A stretch of 6,680 nt of DNA from an uncultured Erysipelotrichaceae bacterium. Its GTDB lineage: Bacteria > Bacillota_I > Bacilli_A > Erysipelotrichales > Erysipelotrichaceae. Under the pieces are notes generated by a model. The model saw only the letters and a program-made list of their open reading frames with translations. It ran no database searches and was not told the origin of the DNA. The position numbers and the translations under genes are program-made. This document shows, one piece after another, positions 1 to 6,438 of the stretch. Positions within the stretch are counted from its first letter, which is position 1. Each line of letters starts with the position of its first letter. The DNA lies in NCBI GenBank assembly GCA_964457525.1, contig CAYWGS010000080.1, positions 1 through 6,680 on the forward strand, given 5' to 3'.

Positions 1-57
1 ACACGATAATTTATAGCGCATTTTCTCAAAACCACACGCTAGCTTATATTACTTTCT

Positions 58-2619
58 TTACTGATATAAATTCATTTGTGATGGACTTGTAGAGCTTCTT
101 GATGGTTCAATAATCAACTCGCCACTTCGAACTAATTTAACAAAGATTTTAGCAAGAATAGGATCAAATTGTTTACCAGCATTACTTTCAATCTCATCAA
201 GGGCATAATCGATACTTAGATGAGTCTTATAGTGTCGATTGGATGTAATCGCATCAAACGCATCTGCTACCGCAATACAACGAGCTGCAAATGGAATGTT
301 TTCTCCCTTTATACGACGAGGATATCCACTACCATCCCAACGTTCATGATGTCCTACTACAGCAGGAATAACATGACTGAAGGAAGGGAGATACTTAATA
401 ATGGTAATTGACATATCGACATGCATCTTCATGATTTCATATTCTTCATCGTCTAATCGTGTGAACTTTGTAAGAATATGTTCAGGAATACCAATCTTAC
501 CAATATCATGCAAGAGGGATGCTTGACGAATCATTTCAACTTCTTCTTTACTTGCGCCAGCTTCTTTCGCAATCGCTGTTGCATATTGAGCAACACGTTG
601 ACTATGACCAAAGGTATAGTGGTCTTTCGCATCAATCGCAGCAGTTAGTGCATAGATTGTGGCCATATTCATTTCATCAGAAGCCGAATCATTCATTTTC
701 TGATCATGAATTTCAGGATTGAATATTACAGATTTATTTTTACCTGTTACCTTAGCGTAACGTAATGCGGCTGTGGCTTTTGAAATAAGATCTTTATCAT
801 CACTTGCTATACTTGGGGCAGAACAGATACCTGCAGAGATCGTAATATTTCGAGTAATTTCATCACCCTTAGCCATTGAAGTAATTTCAACACGTTCACG
901 AATCTTTTCGGCTAATTCATAAGCACTTCTTGAATCAACATAAGGAAGGATAATAGCGAATACGTCTCCACCATAACGACAAATAGTTCCTCTTTCTCCA
1001 TTCACAAACTGAATGGCTTCTGAAACTCTTTGTAATACAAGGTCTCCTGAATAATGGCCATAAATTTCATTGAATAATGCGAACATATCTATGTTGATCA
1101 TTATGAGTGATACCATTTGTGATCTTAAATCTTTTGTTTGTTTCTGCAATTGTTCAATAAAGTAACGATGATTATAGAGTCCGGTTAAACTATCCATAAT
1201 CGCTTCTTTTTGGAACTTCTCGAACATACGTGCATTAGACATCGCGATTGAAGCGGTTGCACATAAAGTAGATACTGCATTTAAGTCTTCGTTGCTTAAT
1301 AAGGTTTGATAATCCTTAGATGAGATGATTAACATCCCAATAATTTCGTTGTTATATTTTAGTCCAATCGCAGCCTCAAATCGAATTAATACAAGTTCTT
1401 GTCTTTCTTTTTCCCACAATGTTTTAAAGATTGGGTGAGTATTCAAGTACTCTTCTTTAATTACATCATTGAATTGATTAAACCATTGAACAAATGGGTG
1501 ATTCTGTCGAAGGTTTAAGTTAACACGATTTAACTTCTTGTACGATGCATAATATCCGAAATCATCATTTTGACTATTCTTGAAGAAGATTGAGATATCG
1601 TCATTGTTCGTTAATTGGTATACAACTTTTAGTAATTCTTGTACTAAATGCTCAATATTTAAGTTATTCGATGCGGATAATGTAAAGTTCTTAATAAGAT
1701 TATTTTGATGGTTTTCCTTCTTATTAAAGAAGTTATCCACTAGACGATGAATTAAACTAAATAATGGTTGGAATATTATGATTGTAATTAAAGTGGTTAA
1801 GAGTACAAATATTTCTCTACTCATTCCATTATTTATTTGATCAAAGAAATCAAGTAATTGATTAACAAGTAATGCGACAGCACCAAACAATAAAGTCATG
1901 ATTAAGGTAAAGACTAAGGTACGTGTTACAACTATTCTTAACTCAACAACATGTTCCTTATAGATGGCATACATCAACAAGAGTGATGTGATAATACCAG
2001 CTGCGAAGTCAACTGGATACTTACCAATGGCTGGAAGAATATTTAATGCGAATCCAATATAGAGAATGAATAGACCTATTAGTACAGGATAGAGTCGTTT
2101 TGTGTTCTTTAACCCATATTTAAATGCATTTCTCATTTTAAATAAACTACTTGATAATAAGATGAATACAATCGCAAATCCAGGATAAGCTAAAGGGCCT
2201 GGAACATAGGAGACTTCTTTAATAACATCTCCAGCACTATTCGTAATCTTTAGAATTTCGGCTGATGTAACAGTTAAACCTAAAGTATGAAGCACCATTA
2301 ATAAGAGCATTACAATCGTCCAACCCATGATATGGAGTTTCTTTAGACTTGATGTAAAGATACTAATGAAGATATAGGCAAAATAAGGAACAAAGGTAAT
2401 ACATGCGGTCATGACTCTAGACCAGAAAATAACACTTGGTGCAAATTCCGCTTTCATCAAAATTGAAGAGGCGGACCAAAGAATCATAACGGAAACATAT
2501 AACATGAACGAGATAATTAACTTATCTTTCTTAGAAATTGCGAGCATGAAAAAGAGCATTGTGTTTAAGATCAATGCAAGTGTCGGCAATCCCCAGTAGA
2601 TAAGGTTTTGAATTACCAT
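58..2619 (-). CDS. Multi-TM sensor / GAF-like / degenerate GGDEF / HD-GYP protein, a predicted c-di-GMP phosphodiesterase (853 aa)
   Basis: Long ORF with ATG at 2617-2619, preceded by AAGGAG (2625-2630) at 5-nt spacing. aa 1-290 show about nine hydrophobic segments by eye. aa ~305-466 are GAF-like and end in ...ASIAMSNARMFEKF. aa ~468-634 form a GGDEF fold (DSLTGLYNHRYF, NIDMFALFNEIYGHYSGD, CRYGGDVF at nt 958-972). aa ~652-830 form an HD-GYP domain: HSQRV, LLHDIGK (HD at nt 505-510), MKMH, GHHERWDGSGYP (GYP at nt 319-327), VADAFDAITSNRHY. Confidence 0.88.
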   Translation of the reverse strand: MVIQNLIYWGLPTLALILNTMLFFMLAISKKDKLIISFMLYVSVMILWSASSILMKAEFAPSVIFWSRVMTACITFVPYFAYIFISIFTSSLKKLHIMGWTIVMLLLMVLHTLGLTVTSAEILKITNSAGDVIKEVSYVPGPLAYPGFAIVFILLSSSLFKMRNAFKYGLKNTKRLYPVLIGLFILYIGFALNILPAIGKYPVDFAAGIITSLLLMYAIYKEHVVELRIVVTRTLVFTLIMTLLFGAVALLVNQLLDFFDQINNGMSREIFVLLTTLITIIIFQPLFSLIHRLVDNFFNKKENHQNNLIKNFTLSASNNLNIEHLVQELLKVVYQLTNNDDISIFFKNSQNDDFGYYASYKKLNRVNLNLRQNHPFVQWFNQFNDVIKEEYLNTHPIFKTLWEKERQELVLIRFEAAIGLKYNNEIIGMLIISSKDYQTLLSNEDLNAVSTLCATASIAMSNARMFEKFQKEAIMDSLTGLYNHRYFIEQLQKQTKDLRSQMVSLIMINIDMFALFNEIYGHYSGDLVLQRVSEAIQFVNGERGTICRYGGDVFAIILPYVDSRSAYELAEKIRERVEITSMAKGDEITRNITISAGICSAPSIASDDKDLISKATAALRYAKVTGKNKSVIFNPEIHDQKMNDSASDEMNMATIYALTAAIDAKDHYTFGHSQRVAQYATAIAKEAGASKEEVEMIRQASLLHDIGKIGIPEHILTKFTRLDDEEYEIMKMHVDMSITIIKYLPSFSHVIPAVVGHHERWDGSGYPRRIKGENIPFAARCIAVADAFDAITSNRHYKTHLSIDYALDEIESNAGKQFDPILAKIFVKLVRSGELIIEPSRSSTSPSQMNLYQ

Positions 2620-2628
2620 CGCTTCTCC

Positions 2629-4236
2629 TTATGCTTTCCCTTTAATATTACTTTTCTTCAGTACTTCAGTCACGTCGAAATGTGAAGGATTCACTTTAGC
2701 CATTTTATGCTTAATACTATCTGTATAGTTACGAATTGTACCACTTGGAAGAACAATAACTTCTAATGGTTCGATTCCTAACATTTTCTTTAAACTCTTG
2801 TAATCATCATCTAAATATTTAAAATAAACTTCTAAATGTTCTTTAATAAGTTCAGGATCTTCAAGTCCTAAACTATTATCCTTTTGACTAAGTTCAATGT
2901 ATAGAGCCACATAAGGACGTTTGTTCTCATTATAACGTTTACATGCGAACCAATTATCGATGTTTAATTTAGATAACTTAATAACTTCATTAATCGTTCT
3001 TTCGGTAATACGTGTGAAACCTGCTAAATCAATGACAGGATCAATTCGATCAATATATTCAAAATGCGGTAGGTTAATGCCATCTTGTTTACGGTTTAAA
3101 CTAACACATTTGAAAACATCTCCAATACGATATCGAGCAAATGCACCACCTTTAAGTGTTGTAATAACGATTTCATAATAATGATCTGGTTTTAACTCAT
3201 TCATCAAGTAGGTTCTAGGTACATAGTTTGGATCTTGTAAGTTCTTATAGAACTCTTCCATCGGAATAAATTCATAGAAACATACTTCAGGGAAGAAAAC
3301 TAATCCGCTCTTACTCCATGATTCAGTCCCAATACAAGTTGCCTCAGTTCCACCAAATAGTTCAAGTGGTCTTACACCCCAGTATTCTTCAATTTTATCT
3401 TTAAAATGTGCTGTATCCGTTCCTGCACATACAAAACCTTTGAGTTCAAATACATCTTTTGGAAGAAGTGGACGCTTCTCCATTTTAGCTTTAACCTTAG
3501 CACGAGCAAACTTAACGAGCTGTTTAATATCAAAGGATAGTAGATTTAATCCACCCGAAGATGTTCCACCTTCAGTAAAGCTTTCACTCATACGTAGGAT
3601 GACACTACTTAGTCCATAAAAGAGACCAATTCCTTTTTGTATGCCCATTTTAAATCCTACTTTATTACGTTCACCAAAAGACATCTTATTACCAGCTTCA
3701 ATTCCTGGCATAAAGTTAACTGTATATTCGCCTTGTAAGGTATAAGGTAATAGACCAGTGATATAAGGAAGAGGTGCCATACCATTTAAGAAGTTCATAT
3801 TAGACTTTAAATCAAAATGCCCTTTACGCTTACTGGTCGCAAGCATAATACAAGCGAACGCAACATCTTTATGAGTCGCAATCATACTTGCGGAATAAGG
3901 TGCAACTTTAATCGGCGCTTTTCCACCTTCCCAAGTGGTTTGAATCCATACAACCGGTTCAGCAGGGAGTACTTTAGTATTTTTGGTTAGTAAGAAGTCT
4001 GCATAATCTTCATAGCTGGTTAAAGGAACAATTCTTCTAAACTCATCTGGATTACGTGGTTTTTGGCCTTTCATTATCTTCTGACCAAGTTCACAGTTCG
4101 CGTAGAGTTCGATTTGTTCCATTAACAACTGATTCTGTACTTCCATGAATTCATCCAAACTCATGTCTAAAAAACTACAGTATCTTTGCCATAGCTCTTC
4201 TTTACTTTTGGTTTTAAGCATTTGATCAAAATTCAT
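2629..4236 (-). CDS. GH3-like / ANL-superfamily adenylate-forming carboxylate ligase (535 aa); substrate unknown
   Basis: ATG at 4234-4236 is preceded by AGGGAG. Length and motif order match the GH3 acyl-acid amido synthetase family: N-terminal ...F(R)RIVPLTSYEDY, a P-loop-position segment QTTWEGGKAPIKVAPYS (nt 3907-3939), YGxTE-like FGGTEA (nt 3340-3357), YRxGD-like RYRIGDVF (nt 3112-3132), F.YIDRIDPVIDLAGF..TE, and a C-terminal ...LPSGT......K..KVNPSH tail. The family call is motif-based only. Confidence 0.6.
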   Translation of the reverse strand: MNFDQMLKTKSKEELWQRYCSFLDMSLDEFMEVQNQLLMEQIELYANCELGQKIMKGQKPRNPDEFRRIVPLTSYEDYADFLLTKNTKVLPAEPVVWIQTTWEGGKAPIKVAPYSASMIATHKDVAFACIMLATSKRKGHFDLKSNMNFLNGMAPLPYITGLLPYTLQGEYTVNFMPGIEAGNKMSFGERNKVGFKMGIQKGIGLFYGLSSVILRMSESFTEGGTSSGGLNLLSFDIKQLVKFARAKVKAKMEKRPLLPKDVFELKGFVCAGTDTAHFKDKIEEYWGVRPLELFGGTEATCIGTESWSKSGLVFFPEVCFYEFIPMEEFYKNLQDPNYVPRTYLMNELKPDHYYEIVITTLKGGAFARYRIGDVFKCVSLNRKQDGINLPHFEYIDRIDPVIDLAGFTRITERTINEVIKLSKLNIDNWFACKRYNENKRPYVALYIELSQKDNSLGLEDPELIKEHLEVYFKYLDDDYKSLKKMLGIEPLEVIVLPSGTIRNYTDSIKHKMAKVNPSHFDVTEVLKKSNIKGKA

Positions 4237-4240
4237 TTGC

Positions 4241-4810
4241 TTATTCTCCCTTTAATAATGTTGTACGAAAACGATTAAAACTCTCCTTAGTAATCAATAA
4301 AAATGGTGTCTTCTTTTGATAATCCGTATATCCATCTAAAGTATGAGGAAAGAAATAACGATCTTGGACCCATACATGTAAAATATCCATTAATGTCCAT
4401 AAAACTGTCGCATATAACATCATCCATTTACCACTTGCCAAGAAAAGGAAAAAGTAAGTAAAAAAGAATGCCCAAACTCCAGGATGTCTACAAAGTGCAT
4501 AAAAACCTGTATCAATCACCTTGTTGCCTTGACCAGATACATAAGTTGCCTTAAAAGGAAGTGCACCAAAGAGTGCATAAAACATGATACACGCACTAAT
4601 AAATGAAAGGATGACGAATAATATTTTAAAAGATACCGGTAGGGTAAAATCAATATTTTGATTGAAGAATATTTTGACCGTAGAAAACACCAGTAAAGCC
4701 ACACCGACTGAGAATAAACTGTTTATCAATGGATGAATTTTCTTTACTTTATTAAAATCGAAGAGGTATAAAACGCCAAATCCTATACAACCCCAAACTA
4801 GTGCTTCCAC
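4241..4810 (-). CDS. Polytopic membrane protein, ICMT/PEMT-family (isoprenylcysteine carboxyl / phospholipid methyltransferase-like) (189 aa)
   Basis: GTG start at 4808-4810 with AAGGGGA 6 nt upstream. An in-frame TAA at 4838-4840 limits any upstream extension. About 5 hydrophobic segments. The C-terminal half carries a family-like signature, GFYALCRHPGVW (RHP at nt 4481-4489), followed by ...VQDRYFFPHTLDGYTDYQKKTPFLL (compare RHPxY ... EE..L...FG..Y..Y...T..). The stop lies 4 nt before the next gene's ATG. Confidence 0.55.
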   Translation of the reverse strand: MEALVWGCIGFGVLYLFDFNKVKKIHPLINSLFSVGVALLVFSTVKIFFNQNIDFTLPVSFKILFVILSFISACIMFYALFGALPFKATYVSGQGNKVIDTGFYALCRHPGVWAFFFTYFFLFLASGKWMMLYATVLWTLMDILHVWVQDRYFFPHTLDGYTDYQKKTPFLLITKESFNRFRTTLLKGE

Positions 4811-4836
4811 AAATTTCCCCTTATAGCCGTAAGTGA

Positions 4837-4865
4837 ATTATAAACCAACATTTTTTTGTATACAA
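4837..4865 (-). promoter_or_regulatory. Predicted sigma-A-type promoter for the methyltransferase / GH3-like / HD-GYP operon
   Basis: The minus strand reads TTGTAT (4865-4860), a 17-nt spacer, then TATAAT (4842-4837). The -10 is a perfect consensus and the -35 matches TTGACA at 3 of 6 positions (TTG core). It lies about 27 nt upstream of the GTG start, leaving room for the AAGGGGA RBS. It is the only consensus -10 I found in the 4811-4948 intergenic region. Confidence 0.45.
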
Positions 4866-4948
4866 CATTTTATTAAGCAATATGTACTAAATTTGTATTT
4901 TATTGATGTAAAATTGGTCTAAATGTGAAAAAAATAATATATTTCGAT

Positions 4949-4971
4949 AAAAAAAACTCCCGAGGGAGTTT
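4949..4971 (-). terminator. Rho-independent terminator of the GntR-ABC-permease unit
   Basis: The minus strand reads AAACTCC-CTCG-GGAGTTT followed by a T-run (plus-strand A-run 4949-4956). This gives a perfect 7-bp stem with a 4-nt loop, and the hairpin starts within the TAA stop (4970-4972) of the upstream membrane-protein gene. Confidence 0.75.
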
Positions 4972-5755
4972 ATTCTAGCTCAAGTTTATGATCATTCAAC
5001 CAAATTGAACAATAGATAAGACCTGCACTAACAACTGCGTTATAAATAAAGTCAATTATATAGTTTGTCCAGTTTAAATCAAATCCATTATTCTGTTCAA
5101 ACCATAACCAATCTGAGATGAAATTGTTGTTTAAGTTACTAAATATAAAGTTAATCACCAAGTAAACAATAATCCCAACAGCTAATTTATTCTTACTGAC
5201 ATAACTTGTATTCGCAATCACAACTGCGATTAGAACGACTGAACAAGTATAGATGATGTTTATAGTAATTTGAGGGAATGATATTACAAGAAACTTAAGA
5301 ATTTCTGGAATAAGTGTACCTAAATCAATTCTTGATATGAATTCTCTAAACTCAATAGGGAAACTAGGTGTTAGAGCCCAATATCGAAGCGATAGAATAC
5401 CACCAAAGATTAGAATCGCTAGAAGTAGTACCAATGAAGTAAGTAGTATCCAGATAATCGCTGTAACTATTTTTGATAAGAATGTTTCGAGCGTTGAAAC
5501 TGGAAGAGTATGTGTTAAGTAACCTTCTTTCGAGTACAAACGATTGGAGAATAGTTTAATTGTTGTAAGTGTAAGGATCACTGAAGTCGCAATAATTAAG
5601 GCAAAGAATGGAATAACTGTTATGATACCTAACCACTGGTTTTTATCACTGATAGACAAGGAAGAAATAAGCGCAAATAGTAGTAAACCCATGTAGAGCG
5701 GTAGTAATTCTCGATAACTTGACTTGATATCATGTTTAACTAATTTCATTAACAT
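4970..5755 (-). CDS. Polytopic membrane protein, putative permease partner of the adjacent ABC ATPase (261 aa)
   Basis: ATG at 5753-5755 with AAGGAGG 7 nt upstream. It overlaps the ATPase gene's 3' end by 7 nt. About 6 hydrophobic segments, with a KEGYLTHTLPVS loop after TM2. No catalytic motifs. The role is inferred from position downstream of the ABC ATPase in a GntR-ABC-membrane triad. An alternative start at the ATG two codons downstream (MKLV...) is possible. Confidence 0.6.
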   Translation of the reverse strand: MLMKLVKHDIKSSYRELLPLYMGLLLFALISSLSISDKNQWLGIITVIPFFALIIATSVILTLTTIKLFSNRLYSKEGYLTHTLPVSTLETFLSKIVTAIIWILLTSLVLLLAILIFGGILSLRYWALTPSFPIEFREFISRIDLGTLIPEILKFLVISFPQITINIIYTCSVVLIAVVIANTSYVSKNKLAVGIIVYLVINFIFSNLNNNFISDWLWFEQNNGFDLNWTNYIIDFIYNAVVSAGLIYCSIWLNDHKLELE

Positions 5756-6438
5756 TTGAAGACCTCCTTAAATAATTCATCGATTGATTTATTATGGGAT
5801 GAACGTATTTGATCTACATCATCACAGAGTACAACTTCGCCTTCTTTTAAGAACACAACGGTATCAAAGATTTGTTCAATCTCAGATATAATATGTGTCG
5901 AAATGATGACAAGAGAATCACTCGCATAATTATCAAGAATCGTATTAAGAATGAGTTCACGAGCTGCAGGATCGACTCCACCAATCGGTTCATCCAAAAT
6001 ATAAATTTTTGCGTTTCTTGACATAACTAAGGCGAGTTGGAATCGTTCTTTCATCCCCTTAGACATGGTCTTAATGGATTGTTTAGAATCAAGCTTTAGC
6101 TTCGCCATTAAATCGCGCATACGTGTCTCATCAAAATCAGAATACATATCTTTAAATAAGTCGATTGCTTTCTCCCCATTCATCCAATCGGCTAAATACG
6201 TTTGATCCGGTAAGTAAGAGATAAGTGATTTACTGTGAACACCTACAGATTGATTATCAATCAACACCTCACCACTATAATCACGTAGTAATCCATTTAA
6301 TATCTTAATCAATGTTGTTTTTCCAGATCCATTTGGGCCAAGAATTCCAACAATTTGTCCTGGTTTCAAACTGAGTGATACATTTTTCAATGCTTCAGTT
6401 TGCTTATAGCGTTTACTCACATTTTTTAGTTCAATCAT
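5749..6438 (-). CDS. ABC transporter ATP-binding protein (229 aa)
   Basis: Walker A GPNGSGKTT, Q-loop YLPDQ, signature-type MSKGMKERFQLA (the SKGMK variant common in ABC-2/DrrA-like ATPases), Walker B KIYILDEP, D-loop GGVDP and H-loop ISTHII are all present. The start forms an ATGA overlap with the upstream regulator's stop (6435-6438). Confidence 0.92.
   Translation of the reverse strand: MIELKNVSKRYKQTEALKNVSLSLKPGQIVGILGPNGSGKTTLIKILNGLLRDYSGEVLIDNQSVGVHSKSLISYLPDQTYLADWMNGEKAIDLFKDMYSDFDETRMRDLMAKLKLDSKQSIKTMSKGMKERFQLALVMSRNAKIYILDEPIGGVDPAARELILNTILDNYASDSLVIISTHIISEIEQIFDTVVFLKEGEVVLCDDVDQIRSSHNKSIDELFKEVFKC

Noticed and set aside
1-57. A possible terminator downstream of the HD-GYP gene
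   Set aside because: Only weak 3-4-bp complementarity is present (GCG...CGC around 16-39), with no stable stem followed by a T-run on the minus strand. The real terminator, if any, is probably outside the window.
220-722. Plus-strand ORFs 220-411 (63 aa) and 519-722 (67 aa)
   Set aside because: They lie antisense inside the well-supported HD-GYP/GGDEF coding region. Their translations are low-complexity with no motifs, and I found no RBS. They are typical shadow ORFs in AT-rich DNA.
718-1218. Annotating the 853-aa protein as an active diguanylate cyclase
   Set aside because: The signature is GGDVF, the upstream metal-ligand Asp is Asn, and the Lys at the PleD K332 position is Ala. Cyclase activity is therefore unlikely.
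2411-2599. Plus-strand 62-aa ORF
   Set aside because: It is antisense to the TM-domain-coding 5' end of the 853-aa gene and has no supporting signals.
2960-3178. Plus-strand 72-aa ORF
   Set aside because: It is antisense within the GH3-like gene and is a shadow ORF.
4516-4704. Minus-strand 62-aa ORF in an alternative frame
   Set aside because: It is fully nested in the ICMT-like gene in another frame. The main frame gives a coherent TM protein with family motifs, and this one does not.
4821-4868. A 15-codon minus-strand mini-ORF (ATG 4868-4866 ... TAA 4823-4821, MLYTKKCWFIIHLRL) whose stop overlaps the RBS of the methyltransferase gene; considered as a possible leader peptide
   Set aside because: It has no Shine-Dalgarno sequence upstream. 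It also overlaps the best -35/-10 promoter prediction, so it would probably not be on the transcript. Chance ORFs of this size are expected.
4811-4948. A possible c-di-GMP or other riboswitch in the operon leader
   Set aside because: With the predicted promoter the leader is only about 20-30 nt. The region is extremely AT-rich and lacks the GC-rich paired elements expected of GEMM-type or other riboswitches.
5337-5522. Plus-strand 61-aa ORF
   Set aside because: It is antisense within the permease-like gene and is a shadow ORF.
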